Counted from the stretch's first letter, positions 1-8,925 are shown. The stretch: DNA of 64,000 bases from Minisyncoccota bacterium (GCA_040879725.1 JBBDJV010000010.1:52892-116891), one strand, 5' to 3'. The notes: a model not told the origin generated them from the letters alone. Numbers and translations: made by a program.

Positions 1-2
1 CA

Positions 3-179
3 GATGTTGAGTTTACCGAAGACACAGAGCAACATATGGCAGAATTTGAAGCATTTGTAGATACTTTTGAGTATCGCGATGATATTACCCTCCTTGAGGT
101 TGAAGAGGCTCTAGGCTCAAATTCAAGCCTTGAGGAAGCTGTTCTTGAGGCAGTTGAGGAACAAGGACCAAGTAATTAG
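3..179 (+). CDS. 3' end of an unidentified CDS that runs off the window start; acidic C-terminus
   Basis: Frame 3 is open from the window edge to TAA at 177-179 and is followed by a terminator hairpin. No family recognised. Confidence 0.3.
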   Translation, partial: DVEFTEDTEQHMAEFEAFVDTFEYRDDITLLEVEEALGSNSSLEEAVLEAVEEQGPSN

Positions 180-189
180 TCTTCCAAAG

Positions 190-218
190 AAAAAAGCCCG
201 CATGTGCGGGCTTTTTTC
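190..218. terminator. Bidirectional rho-independent terminator
   Basis: A-run, then GCCCGCATGTGCGGGC hairpin, then T-run. It lies between the stop of the + strand partial CDS and the stop of hup (- strand). Confidence 0.75.
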
Positions 219-225
219 GTACGGA

Positions 226-498
226 TTATTTCACCGCGTCTTTTAGTGCCTTTGCAGGGCGGAACTTCGGAACTTTCATTGCTGGGACTTCGATTGTTTC
301 GCCGGTTCGCGGATTGCGTGCCTGGCGAGCAGCTCGAGCCTTTACAGAGAAGATACCAAGACCTGAGATTGAAACCTCGTCTCCTTTCTTCAGCGTGTTT
401 ACGATCGCATCAATAATACCGTCTACCACCTGTTCTGATTGAACTTTGGTTCCGTTGACGATACCGTGTACGACATCAACAAGTGCTTGTTTGTTCAT
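226..498 (-). CDS. hup: HU/IHF-family nucleoid DNA-binding protein
   Basis: MNKQALVD...GDEVSISGLGIFSVKARAARQARNPRTGETIEVPAMKVPKFRPAKALKDAV is a typical HU beta-arm and length. Start trimmed to MNKQ (the track ORF begins 2 codons earlier). Confidence 0.85.
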   Translation of the reverse strand: MNKQALVDVVHGIVNGTKVQSEQVVDGIIDAIVNTLKKGDEVSISGLGIFSVKARAARQARNPRTGETIEVPAMKVPKFRPAKALKDAVK

Positions 499-642
499 AT
501 GCATTTATGAAACTTACTTGTAATTAGCAATCGACCGATTCTCGACCGCAGTGTTTATCCGTGTAGGGTAAACTCAGTATGTATTATATAAAAGGGATTT
601 TTCGGCGCAATGCCTTGACTGGTTATCATATTTGTTTCGAAA

Positions 643-690
643 TAAAAAAAACACACTCGATTTTTTTAAAAATCGAGTGTGTTTTTTTGC
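643..690 (-). terminator. Rho-independent terminator downstream of rny
   Basis: ACACACTCGATTTTT..AAAAATCGAGTGTGT long hairpin flanked by A-run and T-run, immediately 3' of the rny stop. Confidence 0.7.
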
Positions 691-2217
691 TTAACGTGCG
701 AATTCGATGCACCGAGTTTCTCTAATAATGTTTACTTTTATCTCTCCTGGATACTTTAATTCCTGTTCAATTCTAAGTGCAATATTTCGAGCCATTTCTT
801 TTGCTTGCAAGTCGGTTACTTTCTCTGGATGAATAAATATTCTGATCTCTCTTCCTGCTTGCAGAGCGTATGATTTATCAACGCCCTCAAATGAGTTTGC
901 AATACCTTCCAAGTCGCTCAAACGCTTAAGATAGTTCTCTACCGAATCTCTTCGTGCTCCTGGTCGAGATCCTGAAATAGCGTCTGCTGCTTGAACAATT
1001 CTAGATTCGAGTGTTACGTAAGGATACTCCTCGTGGTGAGCTTCCATCGCTAGGACAATCTTTTCACTTGCTCCAAATTTCTGAAGAATTCTTCGTCCTA
1101 TTTCAACATGCGTGCCTTGTACTTCATGGTCAAGTGCCTTACCGATGTCGTGCACAAGCGCTCCTGTTTTCGCAACCGCAACATCCGCACCGAGTTCTTC
1201 CGCAATCATGCCGGCAATGTGTGACATTTCAATCGAGTGCTGAAGCACGTTTTGTCCGTAACTCGTTCTGAAGTACAGCCGTCCTAGGATAGAAACAATG
1301 CGCGGATCAAGGTTGTACACCCCACACTCGTACACTGCTTGCTCTCCTTTTTCTTTTGTTATTTTGCTTATTTCTTGTTTCGCTTTCTCTACAGACTCCT
1401 CAATTCGGGCTGGTTGGATACGTCCATCGAGGATAAGGTTTTCAAGTGCGAGTCGTGCTACCTGTCGTCTGATAGGATCGAAAGAAGAGATGGTAATAAT
1501 ACCTGGCGTATCATCAACTATCACTTCCACACCGCTTGCGCGCTCAAATGCTTTGATGTTTCGCCCCTCTTTACCGATAATTTTACCCTTAAGTTCATCT
1601 GACGGAATAGTGATGTTGGTAGACATAATGTCCGGCGCAACAGAGTTTGAAAGTCTTTGCACTGAAGTGGTAAGAATTTCCTGTGCCCGCCTTTCGAGGC
1701 GCTCTTCTGCTTGCAATTCGAGTTTTTGTGTTCGAACCAAAATATCCTCTTCGGCTTGTATCTCTACCACTTCCAAGAGTTTTTCTTTTGCTTCTTCTTG
1801 TGAGAGGTTTGCTATTTTCTCAAGTTCAATAACTTTCTCTTGCTCAAGCTTCTCGGTTTTTTCACGAATTGCTTTTATCTCCGCAACTTTTACTTTTATG
1901 TGTTCAACCTCTGTGTCGATATCACTTTGTCGCTTATCGAGTAATTCTTCTTTCTTAATAAGACGCTCTTCTGTTTTCTTGTACTTTTCCTCTTTTTCTT
2001 TTATTTCTTGTCGAGCGGCGATAAGTTCTTGTTCACCTTTTTTCTCCGCTTCAGTTACTATTTTCTTCGCTTCTTCTCGAGCTTCAAGCATCATTTGCTT
2101 GATCTCAAGCTCCATTGAGCCCCTCTTTCCCATCGATATGATGAGTCGAAGGAAATACCCAGCTGCAAGCCCCATAAGGGCCACTACTCCTAAAAGCAGT
2201 ATAATGTTTAATGACAT
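691..2217 (-). CDS. rny: Ribonuclease Y (N-terminal TM helix, coiled coil, KH domain, HD domain)
   Basis: N-terminal hydrophobic helix, long E/K-rich coiled coil, KH motif (IIGKEGRNIKAFE), HD motif (HSIEMSHIAGMIAEELGADVAVAKTGALVHDIGKA). 508 aa. Confidence 0.9.
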   Translation of the reverse strand: MSLNIILLLGVVALMGLAAGYFLRLIISMGKRGSMELEIKQMMLEAREEAKKIVTEAEKKGEQELIAARQEIKEKEEKYKKTEERLIKKEELLDKRQSDIDTEVEHIKVKVAEIKAIREKTEKLEQEKVIELEKIANLSQEEAKEKLLEVVEIQAEEDILVRTQKLELQAEERLERRAQEILTTSVQRLSNSVAPDIMSTNITIPSDELKGKIIGKEGRNIKAFERASGVEVIVDDTPGIITISSFDPIRRQVARLALENLILDGRIQPARIEESVEKAKQEISKITKEKGEQAVYECGVYNLDPRIVSILGRLYFRTSYGQNVLQHSIEMSHIAGMIAEELGADVAVAKTGALVHDIGKALDHEVQGTHVEIGRRILQKFGASEKIVLAMEAHHEEYPYVTLESRIVQAADAISGSRPGARRDSVENYLKRLSDLEGIANSFEGVDKSYALQAGREIRIFIHPEKVTDLQAKEMARNIALRIEQELKYPGEIKVNIIRETRCIEFAR

Positions 2218-2432
2218 ACGCGTTTCAAACGCTCGCGTTTAGCGATACAGGTTTGCGGAAGTATTCAAAATAAGACTAAATATAAATAAAACGGGTGTGC
2301 TGGCGATCATGTCTGTTGTCTCTGATTGAATAACCATAAATTTCGTACCTCTTTCCTCTAAAAGCAAGCAATTCTTTAAATTACAATTAACGGATAAATA
2401 ATATCGTAAATATGGCGTATTGTCTATTTAAA

Positions 2433-2466
2433 CAAAAAACCCGACAGGTATGTCGGGTTTTTTGTT
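2433..2466 (-). terminator. Rho-independent terminator downstream of clpP
   Basis: CCCGACAGGTATGTCGGG hairpin flanked by A-run and T-run, just 3' of the clpP stop. Confidence 0.75.
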
Positions 2467-2477
2467 TAAATAACTAA

Positions 2478-3068
2478 TTACAGTACTTTGTCTATAATTC
2501 CATATTTTTTAGCTTCATCAGCACTCATGTAGAAGTCGCGCTCTACGTCCGCTTCAACCTTTTTGAGGTCTTGTCCGGATGATTTTGCCAGTATTTTGTT
2601 CAACTTTTCACGCGTTTTGAGTATTTGTCGAGCAGTGATTTCGATTTCTGTCGCCTGTCCTTGGACTCCACCCCATGGCTGGTGAATCATAACTTCAGCA
2701 TTTGGAAGGGCGAAACGCTTTCCTTTTTTACCTGCAGAAAGCAGTACGGCACCCGCGGAAGCAGCGATACCGACACAGAAAGTAGATACATCATTTTTAA
2801 TGAGGTTCATAGTGTCGAGAATAGCGAGAGCTGCGGTTACTGAACCTCCTGGTGAGTTAATATACAGAGAAACATCCTTTTTAGGGTCTTCAGATTGCAA
2901 AAAGAGCAACTGAGCAATGATGATATTTGCAGTATGGTCGTCAATCGGCCCGCCAAGGAAAATAATATGATCCTTAAGTAACCGTGAGTAAATATCGTAT
3001 GCACGTTCTCCGTAAGGTGTTTTTTCTACAACCGTAGGGATTAGTGTGTAATTTTGTATATTTTGCAT
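2478..3068 (-). CDS. clpP: ATP-dependent Clp protease proteolytic subunit
   Basis: ClpP signatures [56 protein letters not shown]. Start trimmed to MQNIQNY (ATG). Confidence 0.9.
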   Translation of the reverse strand: MQNIQNYTLIPTVVEKTPYGERAYDIYSRLLKDHIIFLGGPIDDHTANIIIAQLLFLQSEDPKKDVSLYINSPGGSVTAALAILDTMNLIKNDVSTFCVGIAASAGAVLLSAGKKGKRFALPNAEVMIHQPWGGVQGQATEIEITARQILKTREKLNKILAKSSGQDLKKVEADVERDFYMSADEAKKYGIIDKVL

Positions 3069-3139
3069 GCAAAAAGCATACCACAAAGAGTATATATTGA
3101 CAAGTTTTGAGAGGTGTTCTATTGTGTGGGGAGATTATT

Positions 3140-3403
3140 ATGAAACACAAACAGAGATACTACCAACCGGTCTACCTTCCACTCAGTAAAGGAAGGGTAG
3201 TGCAAAGCATTATCGTTCTTTGGGCAGCTTTTTTACCGCTTGTGCTGGCGGTAATCCATGGCTTGGAATTCTTGTACATCCAAGGTCTCAACAAGATCCT
3301 TACTTTCGGGGGAGGAATTCCATTTCTCCTCTTCAACATTCTTTTGGTTGCACTCGCAGCACTTGTGCTCCACCACATCTGGAAGAGAAGTGGCTACAAG
3401 TAG
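3140..3403 (+). CDS. Small hypothetical membrane protein (2 predicted TM helices)
   Basis: ATG preceded by a GGGGAG Shine-Dalgarno; two hydrophobic segments; a terminator hairpin follows. No family recognised. Confidence 0.45.
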   Translation: MKHKQRYYQPVYLPLSKGRVVQSIIVLWAAFLPLVLAVIHGLEFLYIQGLNKILTFGGGIPFLLFNILLVALAALVLHHIWKRSGYK

Positions 3404-3419
3404 GCGCCCCTTTACACAA

Positions 3420-3452
3420 AACCCCGACGCATTAGCGTTCGGGGTTTTCTTG
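3420..3452 (+). terminator. Rho-independent terminator (imperfect stem)
   Basis: CCCCGACGC..GCGTTCGGGG stem followed by TTTTCTT. Confidence 0.5.
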
Positions 3453-3483
3453 CGTGCGGAAGTACATTTTGTATACTCTCAGT

Positions 3484-4170
3484 ATGCGTTTACATCGATT
3501 CTACTCAGAACAATCTCTCCCTGTTGCGGGAGTTTTTTCCTACACAAATGAAAATCAGATTCATCAGTGGTCGCGTGTGTTTCGCTATAAATCGGGCGAC
3601 AGGGTACTTCTCTTTGATGGAACAGATAAAGATGTGGAGTGTGTTATCGAGTCACTTGAGAAACAGAGCGCCACACTTTCTGTAAACAGCATAACAGAAA
3701 GTCCTGCAGGCAAACGAGAGAAAGAGGTTACCTTATATTTTTCTCTTCTCAAAGGAAGTATGTCTGATTTTGTTTTGGAGAAAGCAGTTGAAATGGGAGT
3801 TTCTCATATTGTTCCATTAGTAACAACCCACAGTGAAAAAAGAGAAATAAATATGGAGCGCGCAAGAAAGACAATAGTCGAAGCGTGCGAACAGTCTGGA
3901 TGGGGAAGTGTGCCAAGTATTTCAGAGCCGATAGATAGTAAAGATATTCCATTAGGAAGTGGTACGGTTGTATTTGATCAATCAGGAGAAAAAAATTCTC
4001 ACGGGTTTGGCGAAGTAAAGAATATTGTGATTGGTCCTGAGGGTGGATGGAGTAGTGATGAGCGTGAGTATTTTGAAAAACAACAAGCTCGGATAGTTTC
4101 TTTAAATAGCGCTACCCTGCGCGCTGAAACAGCTATACTCGTAGCGCTTGCGCGCACGCTTTCACTATAA
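3484..4170 (+). CDS. rsmE: 16S rRNA (uracil1498-N3)-methyltransferase RsmE family
   Basis: MRLHRFY start, PUA-like N-terminus, SPOUT C-terminal motifs IVIGPEGGWSSDE and SLNSATLRAETA. Start trimmed to MRLHRFY. Confidence 0.8.
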   Translation: MRLHRFYSEQSLPVAGVFSYTNENQIHQWSRVFRYKSGDRVLLFDGTDKDVECVIESLEKQSATLSVNSITESPAGKREKEVTLYFSLLKGSMSDFVLEKAVEMGVSHIVPLVTTHSEKREINMERARKTIVEACEQSGWGSVPSISEPIDSKDIPLGSGTVVFDQSGEKNSHGFGEVKNIVIGPEGGWSSDEREYFEKQQARIVSLNSATLRAETAILVALARTLSL

Positions 4171-4203
4171 AAAAACCGCACAGTATACTGTGCGGTTTTT
4201 TAT
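4170..4203. terminator. Bidirectional rho-independent terminator (rsmE / tig)
   Basis: A-run, CCGCACAGTATACTGTGCGG hairpin, T-run; between convergent genes. Confidence 0.8.
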
Positions 4204-5249
4204 TATTTTATCTCTTCGAGGAAACGAAATACCGCTTCATTAGTGAGAGCGTTTAATACATAGAGTCGAGCTCGTTCAGGGTCTGCATTTTTATGGTGCT
4301 CAAGCAAGTGCTGTGTTTCTTCTTCGACACGCTTAGGGTCTGCGCTGATAGACTCCTTTTTAGATATTGCACCGAGTGCAAGGTGGAGCTTTGCTCTTTT
4401 TTCCGCGTCAGGCTTCATTGAAGTTTTTATTTCCTCCTCGGTCTTTTTTGCATTCTCAAGATAGGCTTCCACAGTCATTCCTGAGCGAGTGACATTGTCG
4501 ACAAAAGTTGCGTATAGCTTTTGCAGTTCAGAATCAACAAATACTTCCGGCATATCTACTTTTGTTTCCTCAACAATTTTTTCTACCATAGCAAGTCGCT
4601 TTTTTTCTCGCGCTTGTATTTCCTTTTCTTTTTTCAGTCCTCCACGTACTTTGTCTTCGAAATCTGAAACATCAGTGAAGTCACCTAGTGTTTTTACAAA
4701 TTCATCAGTAATTTCCGGTAGTTTAGCTTCAGTGTCTTTCTTTTCTCCTTCAGCAGGCTTTGGAGCATGTATTTCCTGTATTCGTTTTATTGTTTGCTTG
4801 TACTCATCCTCAGTAACCTCTGTGTCTCCCTTTTGAGCAATAACATCTTGTGCGATTTTCTTGTAGTCAGGCAAGGTAACTTCAGGCATGATAAGTGTGG
4901 TTGCTTTGAATTCAAGCGGACTCCCTTCGGCTATCTTAGTAATAGTAACTTGCGGTGATCCAAGAGCGTCAATTTTTTTATCTGCAACAATCGCAGGGTA
5001 TGCATCTCTGATTGCAAAATCAGCCATTTCGTATAAAACAGCTTCATTTCCCACTTTTGAAATGAGCATATCCTCGGGCACTTTCCCTTTTCTGAACCCG
5101 TCTATTGAGATGGACTCTCCAAGTTTTGAAAGCGCCTTCTTTTTGTAACTGCTAAATTGCTCGGCTGAAACACTTGCGGTTATTTCAACTTGTGAACCGG
5201 GCAGGTTTTTTATGGTGCATGTATCAAATGTGTTTTGTGACATAGTCAT
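4203..5249 (-). CDS. tig: Trigger factor, short form lacking the central PPIase (FKBP) domain
   Basis: N-terminal ribosome-binding domain with the GFRKGKVP signature plus a TF C-terminal domain. Only 348 aa versus about 430 aa for canonical TF. Confidence 0.8.
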   Translation of the reverse strand: MTMSQNTFDTCTIKNLPGSQVEITASVSAEQFSSYKKKALSKLGESISIDGFRKGKVPEDMLISKVGNEAVLYEMADFAIRDAYPAIVADKKIDALGSPQVTITKIAEGSPLEFKATTLIMPEVTLPDYKKIAQDVIAQKGDTEVTEDEYKQTIKRIQEIHAPKPAEGEKKDTEAKLPEITDEFVKTLGDFTDVSDFEDKVRGGLKKEKEIQAREKKRLAMVEKIVEETKVDMPEVFVDSELQKLYATFVDNVTRSGMTVEAYLENAKKTEEEIKTSMKPDAEKRAKLHLALGAISKKESISADPKRVEEETQHLLEHHKNADPERARLYVLNALTNEAVFRFLEEIK

Positions 5250-5281
5250 TGCAGTGTAACGTATTTTTGAAATTTCGCAAG

Positions 5282-5310
5282 TAAAAACCCCACATCCGTG
5301 GGGTTTTTAG
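5282..5310. terminator. Rho-independent terminator hairpin
   Basis: AAAAACCCCACATCCGTGGGGTTTTT, downstream of the 5320-5721 gene (- strand). Confidence 0.7.
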
Positions 5311-5319
5311 GTAGATGGT

Positions 5320-5721
5320 TTATTGGCCGTATTCTGCTTCAAGCTCAGCTTCAATATTTGCCATTTCCGCATCAAGTTCGTCTAAATCTGTTTGGTTTAT
5401 ATCTGATTCTATAGAGGCGATTTCATCTGAATTACTTTGCGTCTCAAGTGCTTGTGTTTGTTCGTCTTCGTTTGGTATTGGTGCAGTTGTGTCTATGTCC
5501 GAAGCACTCTCATTTGTTTCCATATCTGCTTTGTCCACTCGTTCGCTCCAGAAAAAGATACCACCAAGTATGATGACAACAATTACAATTACCGAACCGA
5601 TAATCGGACCCATGGTTCCTTCTTTGGGAGCATCAGCCGGCTGTAGCGGTTCATTTGGAGAAGCTTCTTCTGGGTTTTGTGTAACCTGCTCCTCTTGCTT
5701 CGTGTTTTGTTCTTCGTTCAT
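5320..5721 (-). CDS. Hypothetical single-pass membrane protein with acidic, low-complexity N- and C-terminal tails
   Basis: Central hydrophobic helix IIGSVIVIVVIILGGIFFW flanked by E/D/Q-rich segments. 17 nt downstream of the 5739-6521 gene (operon). Confidence 0.45.
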   Translation of the reverse strand: MNEEQNTKQEEQVTQNPEEASPNEPLQPADAPKEGTMGPIIGSVIVIVVIILGGIFFWSERVDKADMETNESASDIDTTAPIPNEDEQTQALETQSNSDEIASIESDINQTDLDELDAEMANIEAELEAEYGQ

Positions 5722-5738
5722 ACGCTATACGTTAATTA

Positions 5739-6521
5739 TTAATTTGATTCTGTTGTTGATGTTTCCTCTGCATCTCCTGATTCTTCTTCATCACTGTCAT
5801 CTGTAGTGTTTTCTTCCGGAAGTTGTGCTACGAGTTCATCTTTTAGGGTTTGAATAGCAAGAACGGTAGCTCTGTGCGCTTCTTTAATATCTGTGTGTGC
5901 GTCTCGAAGTACTTGTTTCATTTCTTCAAAAACAGTTCGAGGATTTTCGTCTATAAGCATGGTTGATCCAAGATCAAGAGCGGTCGCCACCGATCTTCGA
6001 GCGGTGACAAGAGCTTCCTCAATGTTTAAGAGTGCCTCTTCAGTTTTCGGGAAAGAGAATCCGCGTTCTTCAAGTTTAACCTTACGAGATTCGATTCTCA
6101 TTGCGAAACCTTCAATGCGTTCTATCGCGCTTTCAAATCTCTGAATAATTCTTCGAATATATTTTTCAACTCTTTCTTTTCTTTCTTCTGATAGTCTCTG
6201 CTTTCGTTCCTCCTGTTTTTCTCGCATTTCAGTGGTAACAGCTTCTTTTCTTTCAGTGAGCTCAGCCTTTTTTTCTGCTTGCTGTGCGCGTAGTTCTGCT
6301 TGTCGAGCATCCTTATTTTCTTTTTGCTCTTGGCGACTTTGCTCCATTCTTTCTTTGTTTTCTGATGCAGAAGTGCGCTGTACTTCTGAACTTTCTTGGT
6401 CTGCAGATGTGACTTCTTCTTCAGCAGATACGCTGTAGACTCCTCCCAAAAGAATGAGAAAACCAAACAGAATTCCCAAAATAAGAGAAAGGTGAACTGA
6501 TGATAAATATGTGTGCTTCAT
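5739..6521 (-). CDS. Hypothetical membrane-anchored or secreted coiled-coil protein
   Basis: N-terminal signal or TM segment (LILGILFGFLILLGGVYSVSA), long charged E/K/R/Q coiled-coil region, acidic C-terminus. Confidence 0.45.
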   Translation of the reverse strand: MKHTYLSSVHLSLILGILFGFLILLGGVYSVSAEEEVTSADQESSEVQRTSASENKERMEQSRQEQKENKDARQAELRAQQAEKKAELTERKEAVTTEMREKQEERKQRLSEERKERVEKYIRRIIQRFESAIERIEGFAMRIESRKVKLEERGFSFPKTEEALLNIEEALVTARRSVATALDLGSTMLIDENPRTVFEEMKQVLRDAHTDIKEAHRATVLAIQTLKDELVAQLPEENTTDDSDEEESGDAEETSTTESN

Positions 6522-6663
6522 AAAAATAATATTACATTAGGAATAGTTAATATCTCCTCCCCAAATTATACCCCATTTTTTAGTGATGAACACTAGCGCT
6601 TTTCACTCTCTACTAAACGAGGTTTAGTTTTGTTTGGTGGAGAGTTGTTTTGCTAGAGGAACG

Positions 6664-6690
6664 AAAAATACCGCTTTCGCGGTATTTTTC
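6664..6690. terminator. Rho-independent terminator downstream of ppa
   Basis: AAAATACCGCTTTCGCGGTATTTT perfect hairpin with flanking A/T runs. Confidence 0.7.
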
Positions 6691-6700
6691 GTTCTTTGTT

Positions 6701-7237
6701 CTATTTACTAAACTTTTTGTTGTAGAGCTTTACGGAGCGTACGATAGCGTCCATTGCGCTTTTCTTGTTCTTAAACTTTTTGATTTGAACCACATCACCC
6801 TTTCCTTTAAGTTCTTTGTAGGTTTCAAAGAAGTGCTGAAACTCTTTGAGTGTGTGCTTATTAACATCAGTGATATCCTGCACGTCTGTCCATCGTTTAT
6901 CCTCAACAGGAACAGCGATTACTTTGTAGTCTGATTCACCAGAGTCAATCATTTCTATAACACCAACCGGACGAACTCGTACAAGTATTCCTGGATGAAG
7001 TGGGAAGGTGCTTAGCACGATAACATCGAGTGCATCATTGTCATCCCAAAGTGTTTGCGGCGCGAAACCGTAGTCAAATGGGTACGGGTGACTCGAGTAG
7101 TTTGCGCGGTCGAGCGCAATAAGGCCAGTAGTTTTGTCTATTTCGTATTTATTGTTTGAACCTTTTGGAATTTCAATAATTGTATTAAATTCCTCTGGTG
7201 TGTTCTCGCCGAGCGAGACCTCGTGCCATAAATTCAT
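6701..7237 (-). CDS. ppa: Inorganic pyrophosphatase (family I)
   Basis: IIEIPKGSNNKYEIDK, DVIVL and YKVIAV motifs of soluble PPase. 178 aa. Confidence 0.9.
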   Translation of the reverse strand: MNLWHEVSLGENTPEEFNTIIEIPKGSNNKYEIDKTTGLIALDRANYSSHPYPFDYGFAPQTLWDDNDALDVIVLSTFPLHPGILVRVRPVGVIEMIDSGESDYKVIAVPVEDKRWTDVQDITDVNKHTLKEFQHFFETYKELKGKGDVVQIKKFKNKKSAMDAIVRSVKLYNKKFSK

Positions 7238-7261
7238 GATATATGATGTTACTTAGTAATA

Positions 7262-8554
7262 CTATTTCTTCTCTTCTTCTGTTTGTGTTTCTGGAGTAGG
7301 CTCTTCCGCGTTGGCAACAGGAGGCACTTCTTCGGTTGCTGTTTCTTCTGCTACCACTTCTTCCTTAGGTTCTTCTGTTACTTCTTCAGGAGTTGTTTCT
7401 GCTACTGGAGCCTTTTCTCTTTTTTCGGTAACCACTGGGTTTCCATCTGCATCAACAGAGTGAATGTCGATTTTCCATCCAGTTAGCTTTGCAGCGAGAC
7501 GGACATTCTGTCCACCTTTTCCGATTGCAAGTGACTGTTGGTCGGCAAGCACCTCAACGGTTGCTACATGCTCTGCTTCTTTAAGGGTAACGCTTTGTAC
7601 TTTTGCGGGTGAAAGAGCGTCTTCGATAAACGCTTCGGTATTTTCAGACCATTCAATAATATCAATTTTTTCACCATTGAGCTCACTCATAACAGTAGAA
7701 ACTCTGACTCCACGTTGTCCCACGAGTGCTCCGATAGGATCAATGTGGTCATCGTTTGTTGTTACTGCTACTTTAGATCGTGACCCTGGTTCGCGAGCAA
7801 CATTTTTTATCTCTACGGTACCGCTTGCTATTTCTGGTGCTTCGATTTCAAAAAGCTTTTTAAGAAACTGTGGGTGAGAGCGGGAGAGTTTTAGGAATAA
7901 TCCTCTTTGTGTTTCTTCTACACGGTAAAGGTACGCACGGATACGTTCTCCTTGCTTGTATCGCTCTCCAGGGATTTGCTCATCGTGTGAGATAACACCG
8001 GTTGCGCGAGTAAGGTCCACAAAGATGTTTCCTCGGTCGATTCTTTGTACGGTTCCTGATACTATTTCTCCTTCTTTTTGACCGTATTCACCCATAACAG
8101 ATACCTTTTCCGCCTCACGAATTTTCTGAATAATTACCTGTTTAGCTGTTTGTGCTGCAATTCTTCCGTAGTCTGCTTTGTTTTCGAGTGGAAATACCAG
8201 TTCGTCATCTAGTTTTGCATCCTTTTTAATTTTCTTTGCATCTTCGAGCATGATATGGTGTTCCGGATTGTATCGAACACGTTCGTCATTTGGATCGACT
8301 TCCTCCTCCTCTTCTTCTCCTTCAGGAACAACCCGAACACGTGAATCATCTACAACGATTTTCACCTGAACGAATTCTACTCCTCCTGTTCCGATATCAA
8401 ACTGAGCGCGGATAATTTGCCCTTTTTTTCCGTATTCCTTTTTGTATGCGGTAGAAAGTGCAACTTCGATAGCGTCAATAATACGTGCGCGGGGGATACC
8501 TCGCTCTTCTTCGAGCTGTTCTAGAACAGAGTTAATAACTTTTAAGTCAAACAT
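7262..8554 (-). CDS. nusA: Transcription termination/antitermination factor NusA (acidic P/E-rich C-terminal tail)
   Basis: N-terminal NusA domain (IEVALSTAYKKEYG), S1 domain and two KH domains. Start trimmed to MFDLKV (ATG); the track ORF extends upstream through a non-ATG start. Confidence 0.9.
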   Translation of the reverse strand: MFDLKVINSVLEQLEEERGIPRARIIDAIEVALSTAYKKEYGKKGQIIRAQFDIGTGGVEFVQVKIVVDDSRVRVVPEGEEEEEEVDPNDERVRYNPEHHIMLEDAKKIKKDAKLDDELVFPLENKADYGRIAAQTAKQVIIQKIREAEKVSVMGEYGQKEGEIVSGTVQRIDRGNIFVDLTRATGVISHDEQIPGERYKQGERIRAYLYRVEETQRGLFLKLSRSHPQFLKKLFEIEAPEIASGTVEIKNVAREPGSRSKVAVTTNDDHIDPIGALVGQRGVRVSTVMSELNGEKIDIIEWSENTEAFIEDALSPAKVQSVTLKEAEHVATVEVLADQQSLAIGKGGQNVRLAAKLTGWKIDIHSVDADGNPVVTEKREKAPVAETTPEEVTEEPKEEVVAEETATEEVPPVANAEEPTPETQTEEEKK

Positions 8555-8712
8555 TGATTTTTCTATTATTTGATAAAAAAATAAGCCCGCCTTCAGGCGA
8601 ACCATTCATCCATTGCTTTCGTAATGTACCTCCACTATACCAAATAAAGTAAATTTTTGTCAATACCAAGCTTTTTAGTGGTTTTTAGGCGATTATCCAA
8701 TCCAAGTTCATT

Positions 8713-8729
8713 CCAAGGGTTCCCCTTGG
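8713..8729. repeat. Degenerate copy of the CAAGGG..CCCTTG palindrome family
   Basis: CCAAGGGTTCCCCTTGG; related to the 19-bp palindromes at 9192 and 56674. Confidence 0.5.
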
Positions 8730-8798
8730 AGTAGGTTTTACGGTGGTTTTCGAGCAAAAAAGCGTCCCGATTGCTCTATTTTAGCCTTTTTTAAGCCA

Positions 8799-8830
8799 TT
8801 TCAACACGCCACCCGGGTGGCGTGTTGAAA
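8799..8830. repeat. 32-bp perfect palindrome TTTCAACACGCCACC-CGG-GTGGCGTGTTGAAA
   Basis: Perfect inverted repeat in an ORF-free island. No adjacent T-run on the + strand, so it is not a simple terminator. Confidence 0.6.
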
Positions 8831-8837
8831 TCTCCTG

Positions 8838-8850
8838 AGGTTAAACCTCG
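8838..8850. repeat. GAGGTTAAACCTC palindrome (core of the repeated element)
   Basis: Seen directly; shares the AGGTTAAACCT core with the 21-bp palindromes. Confidence 0.55.
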
Positions 8851-8859
8851 GGATAAAAA

Positions 8860-8925
8860 TACGTTGCTATATATAGCTAAATCTGAACGAGGTTAAACCT
8901 CGTTCAAACCTCGTTCAGAACCCAT
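8860..8925. repeat. Composite repeated element, copy A: CGTTGCTATATATAGCTAAATC box plus the 21-bp palindrome GAACGAGGTTAAACCTCGTTC plus an extra AAACCTCGTTCAGAAC half-site
   Basis: About 80 percent identical to copy B at 56593-56640. Confidence 0.65.

Noticed and set aside
1298-2242. 314-aa + strand ORF (plus 1011-1271 and 1339-1602) antisense to rny
   Set aside because: Low-complexity Ser/Cys/Phe-rich shadow of the E/K-rich rny coiled-coil region. It is entirely inside a confidently identified gene.
3172-3551. Overlapping ORFs 3172-3378 (-), 3220-3435 (+), 3258-3551 (+) around the small membrane protein gene
   Set aside because: Alternative frames of the same 300 bp. Only the 3140-3403 frame has a Shine-Dalgarno, hydrophobic helices and a downstream terminator.
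4489-5148. + strand ORFs 4489-4836, 4767-4958, 4888-5148 antisense to tig
   Set aside because: Shadow ORFs inside trigger factor with serine-rich, low-complexity translations.
7283-8369. + strand ORFs antisense to nusA (7283-7486, 7464-7877, 8178-8369)
   Set aside because: Located inside nusA. Ser/Phe/Cys-rich composition typical of antisense frames of Glu/Lys-rich genes.
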